Shown here one piece after another: positions 20,785 through 31,337 of a stretch of 64,000 nucleotides of DNA (position 1 is the first letter of the stretch; each line of letters starts with the position of its first letter). The position numbers were made by a program, and so were the translations under genes. The stretch is from contig JAUWOU010000001.1 in assembly GCA_030612005.1 (NCBI GenBank), positions 14,612-78,611 on the forward strand, in the 5' to 3' direction. The DNA is from Candidatus Thorarchaeota archaeon (GTDB taxonomy: Archaea > Asgardarchaeota > Thorarchaeia > Thorarchaeales > Thorarchaeaceae). Below the pieces are notes generated by a model, which was not told the origin of the DNA, ran no database searches, and saw only the letters and a list, made by a program, of their open reading frames with translations.

Positions 20785-21132
20785 TTACCTCTTGAGAATG
20801 CTAAATGAAGTTTTTCGGCGAACAACATCCTTAGTAGATTTTAGCATTTGACGTGCTCGTGCTGTTCTTCGTTTGAATCCGATAACAAAGCGTCTACCTT
20901 CACGTTTGGTGGTAATCTCCTGAGTTGAAAGAGTTTCTTGTACATCGAGTAAGATATCAACAATCCTTCCAACAGTTCTTCGATCAATATTTAGTTTAGT
21001 GGAGAGATCTCCTATAGACATTGATACTCCAGACTTGAGCTCTTCTATGACCTTGCTCATAGCGATGAATAACTTTGGTGAATTGGAAAGATTGCTTGGT
21101 ACTGACATTCTAATCAAATAGGAATCAATCAC
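20785..21132 (-). CDS. small winged-helix DNA-binding regulator (putative)
   Basis: 115 aa. HTH-like segment MSIGDLSTKLNIDRRTVGRIVDIL followed by a basic wing. Tandem operator-like repeats lie directly upstream. Confidence 0.45.
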   Translation of the reverse strand: MIDSYLIRMSVPSNLSNSPKLFIAMSKVIEELKSGVSMSIGDLSTKLNIDRRTVGRIVDILLDVQETLSTQEITTKREGRRFVIGFKRRTARARQMLKSTKDVVRRKTSFSILKR

Positions 21133-21144
21133 ATGTCTATATAT

Positions 21145-21186
21145 ACATTATTATGTACACATTATTATGTACGCATAATTATGTAT
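21145..21186 (-). promoter_or_regulatory. tandem 14-nt direct repeats (2 perfect ACATTATTATGTAC + 1 degenerate copy) with adjacent TATATATA box: candidate operator/promoter of the wHTH-led operon
   Basis: Copies lie at 21145-21158 and 21159-21172, with a degenerate copy at 21174-21186. Each contains inverted half-sites ACAT-N4-ATGT. They sit 13-54 nt upstream of the start codon at 21132, and TATATATA lies at 21138-21146. Confidence 0.45.
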
Positions 21187-21214
21187 ATCAAAATCTTTGT
21201 TAGATTAAGAATGT

Positions 21215-21793
21215 CTAGTGAATAGATTCTTCCTCGTCATATCCCCATTCAACAATTGTATCAGTGTCAGATGGTAGAAATGTACCTGGGACCAAATATC
21301 CTGCAATTCCCATGAATATACCTAAAATATTCATTGAACCACCAATAACTATCCATAAACGAGAGTCACTAATTTGGTTTAACCCAAAGTCAATACTGCC
21401 AGCGCCATCTATTCTATCAAAGAAGACGGTATAGTTCCCAATAGGAAGATCGATGATTTCACTATATTCGTAAATGAGCGTATCAGGACCTACTAATTCA
21501 TGTTCAGGACCTATGGTCATATTGAGAAATGTTGTTTCCAATGTAACGTTATCGATAATCACCAGATCTAAGAACACGTACGTTGCATTAGAGGGCCGCA
21601 AAGACACAGATATCTCGACCTGCGGATAATATCCGGATACATCATAGATTTCCCATGGTTTCTGTACATTTTCAGCAATATTATAGTTAATGTAATGATA
21701 TGGAGACATTACTACAATCATTCCACCAAGGAGAATGATTGCGACGCCGCCAAAATAAAGGAACGATTTTTTGCTAAACCAGATACTTCCCAT
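21215..21793 (-). CDS. membrane-anchored extracytoplasmic protein (N-terminal TM/signal anchor, C-terminal TM)
   Basis: 192 aa with a hydrophobic N-terminal segment (VAIILLGGMIVVM), several N-x-S/T sequons and a second hydrophobic segment near the C-terminus. Confidence 0.4.
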   Translation of the reverse strand: MGSIWFSKKSFLYFGGVAIILLGGMIVVMSPYHYINYNIAENVQKPWEIYDVSGYYPQVEISVSLRPSNATYVFLDLVIIDNVTLETTFLNMTIGPEHELVGPDTLIYEYSEIIDLPIGNYTVFFDRIDGAGSIDFGLNQISDSRLWIVIGGSMNILGIFMGIAGYLVPGTFLPSDTDTIVEWGYDEEESIH

Positions 21794-21927
21794 TTTGATA
21801 GACCCAAGCTTACCTGAATTTAACTGGTTATAGGTCTAACTAACCATGTAATGGTACTGTAATTCAAAAATTCGGTGGTTTATATAGATTAGAGCCGGTA
21901 CGATACATTGTATCTCAAGTATGAGGC

Positions 21928-23100
21928 TTGAAGATTCTGGGGGCATTATGCATGGGGTCAGTTAGAAATAAGATGAAACTATCACATCTCATTCCGAAAA
22001 ATCACTTTTGCTCTTTCTTATTATTTCGCCAGGAACCACTGATTAATTGGACATACACCAAAGCGGTTCTCTTCACAGCTTACGATATTTACAGATCTAC
22101 TGACTTCTGGTTGGATGAAACAATCAACTCTGGAAGTACGCTTAAAGAAGGACTTGTTGAATTAGGATTTCCAAGGGGCAATACCCTTGTAGCAGATACT
22201 GGTGTATTTGAGATGGAGGCAAAGAAAGCCGGGATAGCTAGGAACCTTGGAATAGAAGTTGACATCGAACTGACGAACAAACAAATTTTCGAGGCTTACG
22301 AACTCTCAGGAGCTGACTATTTTGTTGCTCCAGATGAAATCATTTTACCACAGGATAGCCAAACTGAAATAATAATAAAAATTGGTAAGATCAAAGACAA
22401 TCTTCTTGAACTTCTTGAAGTAGTCCCAGCTTCCAAAGTTATTGCTGTAATTCAAGGTCATTCTGAAGAAGTAATCAGTGATATCTACGATTTCCATAGA
22501 GAACAAGGGATATCATGTTTTGCCATGGGAGGAGTAATTCCACTCTATTTTCATAGTAAAGATCTACTTGATAGTGTGCTCAAGTATGTTAGAGATCTCA
22601 CAAAGAAACACTGGCTCCATATTTTTGGTCTTCCTAGAGTGAGCTTGTTACAGTATTATCTACATGATATTGGAATTGATAGTGTGGATACTTCGTCTCT
22701 TCTATACATAACAGCAAGACGCAGGTACCTCATTGGTTCCAAAGGAGTGCAGGTCAGAGAAGCGGTTTTCAAAGATTGTGGCTGTGAAGGTTGTAAGAAT
22801 CTTGACCCGAAGAAGTCAACAAGGAGTTCTGACTTCTTTGTGAATCTCTACCTACATAACATTCTTGCAGCTGTCAAACTCGGTGATAATTTTGCTTCGC
22901 ACCCTCCCGGGCAATCTAGAATTGATACGAAGATAGAGAATTCTCAAGATCCAGAAACAGCTCAGCAAAAACAGAAGCCCAAGAGTTCAGATATTGTACA
23001 AACAAACAATATCTCCATAAAATGGATGACTGCAGAAGAATCACTTGCAATTACCATGAGAGACGGAGAAAAGGAAACTCCCCCAGATTCACAGAACTAA
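21928..23100 (+). CDS. tRNA-guanine transglycosylase (TGT) superfamily protein, short divergent form (DpdA-like?)
   Basis: Zn subdomain motif CxCxxC-x22-H (DCGCEGCKNL...LYLHNIL). A DTGVFEM segment resembles the TGT DSGGFQ substrate-pocket motif; IFGLPRV resembles the GVG.P nucleophile region but lacks the Asp. True start uncertain (TTG 21928, or ATG 21952 / 21973). Confidence 0.5.
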   Translation: MKILGALCMGSVRNKMKLSHLIPKNHFCSFLLFRQEPLINWTYTKAVLFTAYDIYRSTDFWLDETINSGSTLKEGLVELGFPRGNTLVADTGVFEMEAKKAGIARNLGIEVDIELTNKQIFEAYELSGADYFVAPDEIILPQDSQTEIIIKIGKIKDNLLELLEVVPASKVIAVIQGHSEEVISDIYDFHREQGISCFAMGGVIPLYFHSKDLLDSVLKYVRDLTKKHWLHIFGLPRVSLLQYYLHDIGIDSVDTSSLLYITARRRYLIGSKGVQVREAVFKDCGCEGCKNLDPKKSTRSSDFFVNLYLHNILAAVKLGDNFASHPPGQSRIDTKIENSQDPETAQQKQKPKSSDIVQTNNISIKWMTAEESLAITMRDGEKETPPDSQN

Positions 23101-23246
23101 CTATTAGTGTTTCATTCAACTCGTTCAGTCTAGTGTCTTTGTCTTGTTATATATATCTAGACTTAGTTAGGCTGTCTTTAACCACAGCCTTTATATCATA
23201 GTCAAAAACTTCGAGTGTTTATACTCTGGAGTCAAGGTGTATCATT

Positions 23247-23633
23247 GTGTGGCTTGAGATATTTCTAATTCCGTTCATCCTTGTTATAATCCTGTTCGTT
23301 ATCTTTTGGATAGTCCATGAAGGTACTAAATGGCAGAAACACCGATACCTTGGTCGCTTTGCAAGAATCATTCAGACATCACCGCGTCGAGGTTTTCTAA
23401 TATTCCTCACGCTCACCACAATGACCTTTCCAATGGCAGCGCTTGTAATGACAGGTTTATGGTGGGACAAGCTTGAGGCTGGTGTAATACCGGAGAAAAC
23501 TGATGTCGTTAACGTTATGCTTCTTATGTTCCTCGTATTAGCATTCACAATTGCGATTCTATGGGGTAGCTTCAGAACTTGGCGCCATTCAGCCAGAGCA
23601 GAAGCTGAAGAAGCAATCAGAATGACAGAGTAA
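23247..23633 (+). CDS. small membrane protein (2-3 TM)
   Basis: 128 aa, GTG start, hydrophobic helices. No motif. Confidence 0.4.
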   Translation: MWLEIFLIPFILVIILFVIFWIVHEGTKWQKHRYLGRFARIIQTSPRRGFLIFLTLTTMTFPMAALVMTGLWWDKLEAGVIPEKTDVVNVMLLMFLVLAFTIAILWGSFRTWRHSARAEAEEAIRMTE

Positions 23634-23694
23634 TAATCAAATTTGAAAATGGTGGATAGCCCTTATTTGGACTATCCAACCGCTTCTTATTTTA

Positions 23695-24627
23695 ATGATA
23701 GAGGTTTCAAACTTGACTCACATCAAAATAGATGAAGGGCTCTTTCTTGTAATAGGTGGTTCATTTCCAAGATGCAATACTTTGGTTGCAATCGATGAGG
23801 AGGTTGTTGTTATTGATCCTGGATGTAATGTTGAAGACCTTCGTGCTTTACTACAACAAAATGACCTAACGCTCAGAAACATCGATACAGTCATTCTAAG
23901 TCACATACACCCAGATCACATTACACACACTATGCGGTTGAACCGACTCTCTAATTGTAGAATCGCGGCGAATGAGGTTACAGCTCCTCTCTTCGATGAC
24001 AAGGAGAAAATGAAAGAATTTCTAGGATTTCGAAAAGGACATCCAGTTCGAAAACTATGGGAACAATTGGTCAACTCGAAGATGTATGGAGCACTAGATG
24101 AAGGTCATGTCGACGAAGTCTTGCGTGATGGGGATAAATTTGACCTTGGAAATATAACGCTACAGATGCTCTACACACCGGGGCATCTTCCAGATCATAT
24201 GTGTATTGAGATTCTTGAATCAAACATTGTCTATGGTTCGGACATTGACCTGACAGAATTCGGTCCATATTATGGTCATCCAAACTCATCGATTTCAGAT
24301 TTTAAAGAATCAATCCACAAATTACAACACAATAACTACAAAGCTCTCATCAGTGGACATTTGAAAGAACCCATTATTGAAGATTACAAGACAGCCTTAT
24401 CAGCGTATCAGAGGCAGTTTGACATTCGTGAGGATATGGTACTTGCTGCCATCATGGGAGGGGCAATTTCAATTCCAGAAATTACCATGAATCCCATTAT
24501 CTACCCATCATTGGCGAATCCAGTATTCCTTCAATTTGAATCGTGGATGATTGAGCATCATGTAGAGTCTCTTCTTACTAATGGCCTATTAGAGAAGGAT
24601 AATTCCGGTAAGATTCGCTGCCCATAA
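23695..24627 (+). CDS. MBL-fold metallo-hydrolase
   Basis: HxHxDH motif (ILSHIHPDHITH) and a later YTPGH motif. Confidence 0.65.
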   Translation: MIEVSNLTHIKIDEGLFLVIGGSFPRCNTLVAIDEEVVVIDPGCNVEDLRALLQQNDLTLRNIDTVILSHIHPDHITHTMRLNRLSNCRIAANEVTAPLFDDKEKMKEFLGFRKGHPVRKLWEQLVNSKMYGALDEGHVDEVLRDGDKFDLGNITLQMLYTPGHLPDHMCIEILESNIVYGSDIDLTEFGPYYGHPNSSISDFKESIHKLQHNNYKALISGHLKEPIIEDYKTALSAYQRQFDIREDMVLAAIMGGAISIPEITMNPIIYPSLANPVFLQFESWMIEHHVESLLTNGLLEKDNSGKIRCP

Positions 24628-25272
24628 GAGAATTTGCAGCATGGCGATAGGAAGAATAATCCCAATTAAAACTTCAACAGAATCACGTGATGATTTGATT
24701 CCAGGAAAGAAGTAACCAGTGTTTTCTTTGTAGATATTCCATTGCTGAGAATATTCCTTCTTCAAGTACCTCTCTTCGATCTTTGCAATCAATGTGTAAC
24801 TCGTCAACATAACTAACCAGATAATCTGAGTTTCAGTGGCAGTAAACCAACTCATACCAGAAGTCTGTAGAATCCAAACACTTTGTAGAGTCATAACTCC
24901 TGTAAGTATGATGAAAGCAAGATATTGAGGATGCCTAACATATCTATACGGACCACCTGTTACTAGGTCACTTACTTTGTATCTATTAAGATTGACAATA
25001 GCCCACACGAGAAATACAAGAGTGATAATTACACATATAGTAATAACAATAACGGCGGGGTGAGCTAGATTGGGTAATGGTATGGGGTACATGGGACCAC
25101 CAATTAGAATGAAGTATATGTGGAAAAAGAAGGGCATTATCATTATACCCATCCACCAAGTTGCATTGGGAAGTGTAGTCAAAAAGGGGAAACTGTAACT
25201 GGTAGCACTTGTAATCCAAAGTACAAAACGCTCTCGCCTATTTTCTTTCTTTGATGTAGTTTCTTCATTCAT
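24589..25272 (-). CDS. isoprenylcysteine carboxyl methyltransferase (ICMT)/phospholipid methyltransferase family membrane protein
   Basis: [20 protein letters not shown] matches the ICMT/PEMT SAM-binding signature within a multi-TM protein. The 3' end overlaps the MBL gene by 39 nt (convergent). Confidence 0.65.
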   Translation of the reverse strand: MNEETTSKKENRRERFVLWITSATSYSFPFLTTLPNATWWMGIMIMPFFFHIYFILIGGPMYPIPLPNLAHPAVIVITICVIITLVFLVWAIVNLNRYKVSDLVTGGPYRYVRHPQYLAFIILTGVMTLQSVWILQTSGMSWFTATETQIIWLVMLTSYTLIAKIEERYLKKEYSQQWNIYKENTGYFFPGIKSSRDSVEVLIGIILPIAMLQILLWAANLTGIILL

Positions 25273-25381
25273 GCTCCTAACTACTCATCTTATCTCAAAA
25301 TGTAATAAATGGTTTAGTTTCTCAGTATTTTGTCGTATAACTATTGTTAATAAGAATAGTTTCAAAATTAACGGGAGGGTT

Positions 25382-27493
25382 ATGACAAGCACAAAAGAAA
25401 CCAAACAGAGCAATCGTTTAGCCAATGAGAAGAGTCCCTATCTATTGCAACATGCAGAGAACCCGGTTGATTGGTATCCCTGGAATGATGAAGCCTTCGA
25501 GAAAGCAAAGAAAGAGAACAAACCAATCTTCCTTTCGATCGGGTATAGCACGTGTCATTGGTGCCATGTTATGGCCCACGAGAGTTTTGAGGATGAAGAA
25601 GTTGCATCACTAATGAACGATGCTTTTGTGAACATCAAAGTAGATAGAGAGGAACGCCCTGATATTGACGGAGTGTATATGCAGGTAGCTCAGATGATGA
25701 CACAACGAGGTGGTTGGCCTCTTACTATTATCATGACGCCGGACAAGAAACCATTCTTTGCTGGAACGTACATTCCGAAGGAATCAAGGTATAATATTTC
25801 GGGAATGATGGATCTGATTCCCCAAATCAAGAAAATCTGGGAAACTGATAGAAGTAATATCGAAGAGGTTATCCAGAAAATCGAACCAGCTCTAGCAAAT
25901 TTGTTTGTCAATGTTTCAGGAGCAAATCTAACAGAAGATGCATTGCAGTCAGCATTCAACCAGCTCTCTCAGAGATTTGATGAAAAACTGGGCGGATTTG
26001 GAAGTGCACCGAAATTTCCTGCGCCGCATAATCTCATGCTACTACTTAGGATTTGGAAGAGGAATGATGACCCATGGGCATTACGTATGGTTGAAACAAC
26101 ACTAGAAGAAATGAGGAAAGGGGGATTGTTCGACCAAGTTGGTTACGGATTCCATAGATACTCAACTGATGCACATTGGCTCTTACCACATTTCGAAAAG
26201 ATGCTCTACGACCAGGCTAGCCTAATGATGGCCTACACTGAAGCATATCAGTTAACCAAAAAGTCCCTGTATTCAGATGTAGTGAAAGAGATATTCACAT
26301 ACCTTACTCGCGACTTAATGAGTCCTGAGGGAACCTTCTATTCTGCAGAAGATGCCGATAGTGAAGGCGTTGAAGGTAAATTCTATGTTTGGTCTTATGA
26401 AGAAATCGAGAATATCCTGACAGAAAAAGAAACAGAAGTAATCACAAGAATCTATAATATTGAACCTAAAGGGAATTTTCTAGAAGAAGCTACACAAGAA
26501 GAAACAGGTCTCAATATACCTCATATCACATCCAGTGCAAAAGATATTGCAAACGAGTTCAGTCTAGATGTTAACGAGTTCTTAGAGATAGTTGAATCGG
26601 CCAGGATGAAGCTATTCACAGAGAGAGAAAAGAGAGTACGACCACATAGAGATGAAAAAATACTCACAGATTGGAATGGTTTCATGATTGCAGCGTTAGC
26701 AAAAGCAGGATCAGCATTGAATGATGTAGATCTAGTCAATGCAGCAGAGCAAGCCATGAAGTTTCTACTTGAGAATCTGATGAACGAGAAAGGAGAACTA
26801 TATCATAGATACAGCGATGGAGAGGTAGCTCATCGGGCATTCCTTGATGACTATGCATACATCATCTATGGATTATTGGAGTTGTATGAAGCAACATTTG
26901 AACCGAGATATCTTGAGCGTGCAAAACAACTTACTGACGATATGCTCCTCCACTTTTTAGATGTGGATAATGGAGGTTTCTTCTTCACAGCAGACTATTC
27001 TGAAGAATTACTTGTAAGAAGAAAGGACTCATACGATGGAGCGATGCCTTCAGGAAACTCAATTGCTATGTTGAATCTCATACGACTCGCTAGATTTCTA
27101 GGTGATAATAAATACGAAGATCATGCAACTGCGATTGGAAAAGCATTCTCAAGTGACATCAATCGATCACACTCTGCGTTTTCTATGATGCTTGTTGGAC
27201 TTGACTTTGCATTAGGACCCTCATTTGAGATTGTGATTGCAGGAAAGCCTGAAAATGATGATACTCGTGAAATGTTAGACCAAATCAGGAAGAACTTCAT
27301 TCCTCGAAAGATAGTACTCCTAAGAGGAACTGAAAAGCAGTCCCGAGCCATCACTGAGCTTGCCCCATTTACTAAGTATCATGAACCATTACATGGAAAG
27401 GCAACAGCGCATATCTGTGTTGATCACAACTGCAAACTACCTACAACCGACTTGGTCAATATGATGAAACTCATCGGTGAGGAATTTCACTGA
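25382..27493 (+). CDS. thioredoxin-domain protein of the YyaL/DUF255 family (N-terminal Trx-like domain + (alpha/alpha)6 barrel)
   Basis: [23 protein letters not shown] is the DUF255 signature. About 700 aa is typical. ORF track start 25271 adds an implausible hydrophobic extension; ATG 25382 (MTSTKETKQ) has GGGAGGG just upstream. Confidence 0.8.
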   Translation: MTSTKETKQSNRLANEKSPYLLQHAENPVDWYPWNDEAFEKAKKENKPIFLSIGYSTCHWCHVMAHESFEDEEVASLMNDAFVNIKVDREERPDIDGVYMQVAQMMTQRGGWPLTIIMTPDKKPFFAGTYIPKESRYNISGMMDLIPQIKKIWETDRSNIEEVIQKIEPALANLFVNVSGANLTEDALQSAFNQLSQRFDEKLGGFGSAPKFPAPHNLMLLLRIWKRNDDPWALRMVETTLEEMRKGGLFDQVGYGFHRYSTDAHWLLPHFEKMLYDQASLMMAYTEAYQLTKKSLYSDVVKEIFTYLTRDLMSPEGTFYSAEDADSEGVEGKFYVWSYEEIENILTEKETEVITRIYNIEPKGNFLEEATQEETGLNIPHITSSAKDIANEFSLDVNEFLEIVESARMKLFTEREKRVRPHRDEKILTDWNGFMIAALAKAGSALNDVDLVNAAEQAMKFLLENLMNEKGELYHRYSDGEVAHRAFLDDYAYIIYGLLELYEATFEPRYLERAKQLTDDMLLHFLDVDNGGFFFTADYSEELLVRRKDSYDGAMPSGNSIAMLNLIRLARFLGDNKYEDHATAIGKAFSSDINRSHSAFSMMLVGLDFALGPSFEIVIAGKPENDDTREMLDQIRKNFIPRKIVLLRGTEKQSRAITELAPFTKYHEPLHGKATAHICVDHNCKLPTTDLVNMMKLIGEEFH

Positions 27494-28971
27494 GATGGTT
27501 TCTTGCTGGACCACCAAATGAAGAGGATAACCACTACGATAGCACCACCAATTCCGAATGCTAGAAGTGGACCATTCTGAGATAAGAAATCATTAGGCCA
27601 GATTGTAGTGAGTGCATTACCAGCGTCAAGCCATGAGTCAGCAATTCCCAATAAAGCTGCAGAGATGTCATCCAAGTCTTCTTCGTACGGGGCAAATGCG
27701 ACATCTATATCGCCGGACGCATTGAAGGAATCTGCTATAGCCTTGAAAGTTGTGGCAACAAAACCTGTCGCTTTGCTGATATTCAGCGGATTGATGAGAG
27801 TTGAATTATCTACTAGAACCTCGAAATGAGGCAATGCTTGTTCTCCAGCCTCAACAAAGTCAGTTAGGTTTGTATCAGACATAATTGCAGGCAAAGCTTC
27901 GAGAGACGTCCTATACGAGAGGTACTGTAGTGTGACCTGTACCTCTAACCCTAGACCAATGAACAGAATTAAGGATGCCTTGAAGTTCACTTCATTTGCA
28001 ATGCCATCAAAGACAGAAAGGTAGGACTTGAGACCCTCAACAGTCATGTCGGTGCTCATTGTTCGGAATGCGTTTTCACCAAAATTACCAACATAGGCAT
28101 TTGCGCTTGAAGGCGAATATATAGCTCCAACACCGAGTAATTTGTCGCGAATCAGTGGTCCAAGACTATCATCAACAATAACGGGAGTATCGGTATTAGG
28201 AATGAATGTGTTTGAAATGTAAAAGCGATTCGACCATGCGTTGGTTAGTGCCGAATAGGTAATGATTGAGTAATTTCCCCGACCGTCTTCTGGGTAACCA
28301 AAGTCATCACCAAATGAACCTACACCAGGATCAATGTAAGTTGCAGTATGTTCTGTGTCATTGTATCCTACAAGTAAAATAGCATGTCCACCACCTGACA
28401 GACCTTCTTCTCTGAGAATGTCATAATCAGCTGCAGGGAGCCAAGATGGATCTACACTGATAAGTAATGGATAACCCAAATCAATGGTTTCTCGCATAAG
28501 ATCAAAAGCCTCTGCTTCTCCGTCATTTACTCCAATAGTGAGACCTTCATTTTCCCACACCTGGACGTTCTGTTCCAAGTTAGGAATGCTGGCATCAACA
28601 TAGAGAGTATAGTCAATTCCGTAGAGACCTGCAAGGTAGTGTGTAGGTTCTGCTTGTGTATAGAGAGATCCTGGGAGCATTAGCATTGTATCGTTGATAT
28701 GGAAGTACGCAAATGAGAACCCAATTGATGAAGCTGCAAATACATCATAGAGACTGACATCAGCCCCGGCATATTGCATTGCCATTGCAGTTGCAGCCCA
28801 TGCACAAAATCCGTTAATTTCTTGCCAAACATACGAAACTGGGGGCAAGATTGCTTCTGCAGATGTTATGTACGAAGATTCAGGATTTATATAATTAGAA
28901 TTGGACTGCACTATAGCAGGGGTAAGTAGAAGAAAAGTCATGAGCAAAATCATGATAGGTAGTTTTTTCAA
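27487..28971 (-). CDS. secreted, C-terminally TM-anchored papain-like cysteine peptidase (C39-like domain), N-glycosylation-sequon rich
   Basis: Signal peptide [24 protein letters not shown]-x4-C motif ([21 protein letters not shown]) and a downstream GHAILLVGY His motif, as in C39/C39-like peptidases. C-terminal TM ([13 protein letters not shown]) with a KK tail. TTG start with GGAG RBS. Confidence 0.5.
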   Translation of the reverse strand: MKKLPIMILLMTFLLLTPAIVQSNSNYINPESSYITSAEAILPPVSYVWQEINGFCAWAATAMAMQYAGADVSLYDVFAASSIGFSFAYFHINDTMLMLPGSLYTQAEPTHYLAGLYGIDYTLYVDASIPNLEQNVQVWENEGLTIGVNDGEAEAFDLMRETIDLGYPLLISVDPSWLPAADYDILREEGLSGGGHAILLVGYNDTEHTATYIDPGVGSFGDDFGYPEDGRGNYSIITYSALTNAWSNRFYISNTFIPNTDTPVIVDDSLGPLIRDKLLGVGAIYSPSSANAYVGNFGENAFRTMSTDMTVEGLKSYLSVFDGIANEVNFKASLILFIGLGLEVQVTLQYLSYRTSLEALPAIMSDTNLTDFVEAGEQALPHFEVLVDNSTLINPLNISKATGFVATTFKAIADSFNASGDIDVAFAPYEEDLDDISAALLGIADSWLDAGNALTTIWPNDFLSQNGPLLAFGIGGAIVVVILFIWWSSKKPSQ

Positions 28972-29143
28972 TTGTCAGCGCTCCAAACGCAATCACTGCT
29001 GGAGCAATCATAAGCTTGTCGATAGAGCAAAGAGTGTTTCAATAATTTAGTATTCCAAGCTAACAAGAAATGGCATTGTTTGACGGGACAACAATTATTG
29101 CCTGATATGTATCCAATAATCATAGTTGAAGGTGTATTGAAGT

Positions 29144-29554
29144 TTGAAACGAAGCAATGCAATATATGCAATAGTTATGATTGGCTTAATCGTAACTGCA
29201 CTTGCTGCTGCGGTCACTTTTAGTTCTCAGCGACCAGCACCAGTCGTGATAGATGAGAATGCTACTTTCACTGGAAACATCGAAATTGAAGGAACATTCC
29301 GATTTCATTCAATACGAATTTATGAAAATGTGACTAGAATACATTTCGTTCTAAATTGTCCGGGGGTTGATTTCGACCTTTATGGACGATGGGGAGAATT
29401 ACCATCATCTGATGTGTATGATATCATAGGATATGCGTCTGGTGGAGAAGATTTCAATTATGACTACCCTGAACCCGGGATCTGGCATCTGATGGTCCAC
29501 TCATACTCTGGCATTGGTCACTATGATCTTATCATAGAATTCGAATATGAATAG
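29144..29554 (+). CDS. small secreted/anchored PPC (pre-peptidase C-terminal)-like domain protein
   Basis: 136 aa. N-terminal TM/signal (AIYAIVMIGLIVTALAAAV). C-terminal region DFDLYGRWGELPSSDVYDIIGYASGGEDFNYDYPEPGIWHLMVHSYSGIGHYDLIIEF fits the PPC jelly-roll pattern. Confidence 0.5.
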   Translation: MKRSNAIYAIVMIGLIVTALAAAVTFSSQRPAPVVIDENATFTGNIEIEGTFRFHSIRIYENVTRIHFVLNCPGVDFDLYGRWGELPSSDVYDIIGYASGGEDFNYDYPEPGIWHLMVHSYSGIGHYDLIIEFEYE

Positions 29555-29622
29555 TTTAGTTCATCAAAGACAACCTTTATGCAATATTCACAGAATCAGA
29601 GGAATAGTTTTAGGAGTGATAT

Positions 29623-30708
29623 TTGTTGAATTACCACCTCGTCTTGACAAAGAGATGTAATCTCAATTGTAATTATTGTCACGGTGGGGAAGAAACTGGT
29701 CCAGATACAGAGATACAGTATAGTCTAGATGATCTTGATGATTTTCTTAACAAGGATGATGAAATTCAACTGATGCTTTATGGGGGTGAGCCAACTCTGA
29801 GAATCCCCCTCATTGTTGAATTAATGGATAGGTTTCCACAAGCACGATTCATGCTTCAAACTAATGCTTTACTCCTCGATAAAATCCCCGAAGAGTACGC
29901 AAAGCGATTTCATTCGATCCTAATTTCAATAGATGGTCCAGAAATGGTTACAGATGGTTATAGGTCAAAGGGAGTATATCAGAAAGTTCTAGAAAATACT
30001 CAATGGTTAGAAAGTATTGGATTCCAAGGTGACACCGTTGCGCGCATGGCAGTTAGTCAAGAGTCAGATATCTATCGAGATGTAACCCACCTACTCAATC
30101 TTAGAAACCCTACTTTCAAACACGTCCACTGGCAATTGAATGTCATCTGGGATGGGGAAGGTAACTGGCATGATTTTGATAAATGGGTTGAGGAATCTTA
30201 TAATCCGGGAATCAATCAGCTTGTTGAAGAATGGGTAGATAAAATGGAGCAGGGAGTTGTTGAGGGGATAGTCCCTTTCATTCCATTAGTATTTACAATG
30301 CTCACAGGAGAAGCATCTACCATGAGATGTGGTTCGGGGATTGATACATTTGCAATTCATGTCAATGGTAGTATCGGTGTGTGCCCAATTTCACCAAATT
30401 GGGAATTTTCGATTGTAGGAGATATTTTAACCTCGGACCCAAAGAAATTGCGAAATATCATGAGTGTAGAAGAACCTTGTCCATCCTGTGAAGAATATGG
30501 AGTATGTGGAGGTAGATGTCTGTTTACAAATAAACAACGACTCTGGGGCGATGTAGGTTACAAGAAGGTCTGCGATACTGTAAAGCATCTCACTAGCGCA
30601 CTTCGAAAACAAATTCCTAGAATTGATAGATTCATTGAAGATGGACTAGTATCCCTTGATGACTTCAAGTACCCTGAATACAATAATGGATGCGAAATTA
30701 TTCCCTAG
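29623..30708 (+). CDS. radical SAM enzyme with C-terminal SPASM domain (peptide/protein-modifying maturase family)
   Basis: CNLNCNYC (Cx3Cx2C) radical-SAM cluster at the N-terminus. Full 7-Cys SPASM arrangement (C...C gap, CPSCEEYGVCGGRC = Cx2Cx5Cx3C, later C). TTG start with AGGAG 6 nt upstream. Confidence 0.8.
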   Translation: MLNYHLVLTKRCNLNCNYCHGGEETGPDTEIQYSLDDLDDFLNKDDEIQLMLYGGEPTLRIPLIVELMDRFPQARFMLQTNALLLDKIPEEYAKRFHSILISIDGPEMVTDGYRSKGVYQKVLENTQWLESIGFQGDTVARMAVSQESDIYRDVTHLLNLRNPTFKHVHWQLNVIWDGEGNWHDFDKWVEESYNPGINQLVEEWVDKMEQGVVEGIVPFIPLVFTMLTGEASTMRCGSGIDTFAIHVNGSIGVCPISPNWEFSIVGDILTSDPKKLRNIMSVEEPCPSCEEYGVCGGRCLFTNKQRLWGDVGYKKVCDTVKHLTSALRKQIPRIDRFIEDGLVSLDDFKYPEYNNGCEIIP

Positions 30709-31154
30709 TCTTCGGGTTCCATTTCAGACTCGACGAGGCTCTTCTGCATTACAACTATTTCTTCACCAAAACGATCTAGACGACCTGTTTCTTCATAACC
30801 CATTTTAGTATAAAATTCGATTTGTTCTTCAACTGCTCCGTAAATCTCCACCTCAATAGCTGATACGTTCAGATGTGTCATCAAGTTCTCTGCGTAGTCA
30901 ATGAGCATTGAACCGATTCGTCTACCTCGAAAGCTCTGTCTAACTGCAACTCTAGATACTACTCCCACACTGCCAACCAATCGAATTCTCATCGTTGAAA
31001 CAACAGTATCCCCAACGAGACCGATATATTGGTCACCCATTTGAATATGCCGAGCGATTTTCCCCAATCCTTCATCAAGTGCAGCGGGCATTCTCGATAA
31101 TTGTTTCCTCAAAGGTTCATAAGCTTCAACGATTATTTCTTTGATAATATCCAC
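30705..31154 (-). CDS. GNAT-family N-acetyltransferase
   Basis: Acetyl-CoA-binding motif R/Q-x-x-G-x-G/A (RGRRIGSMLI) and GNAT core. 4-nt overlap with the rSAM 3' end. Confidence 0.6.
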   Translation of the reverse strand: MDIIKEIIVEAYEPLRKQLSRMPAALDEGLGKIARHIQMGDQYIGLVGDTVVSTMRIRLVGSVGVVSRVAVRQSFRGRRIGSMLIDYAENLMTHLNVSAIEVEIYGAVEEQIEFYTKMGYEETGRLDRFGEEIVVMQKSLVESEMEPED

Positions 31155-31337
31155 TTCTGATAGGGTTGCCCGACGAATAGTAACTTCAGCATAATTGTAG
31201 ATTGGAGATTCCTCCTAGTGTCAGCACATTATTCTTATGACGTAGTTCGACATAAATGCATTGGAGAGGGAATGATTTTTGAGATTAATGCGATATGTTC
31301 CCAAACGAATATTGCTATTTAGGAGTTTTAACTTAAG

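Noticed and set aside
25271-25381. N-terminal 37-codon extension of the YyaL-family gene in the ORF track
   Set aside because: The extension is hydrophobic/low-complexity and unlike the family N-terminus. An ATG with a G-rich RBS at 25382 matches the conserved start.
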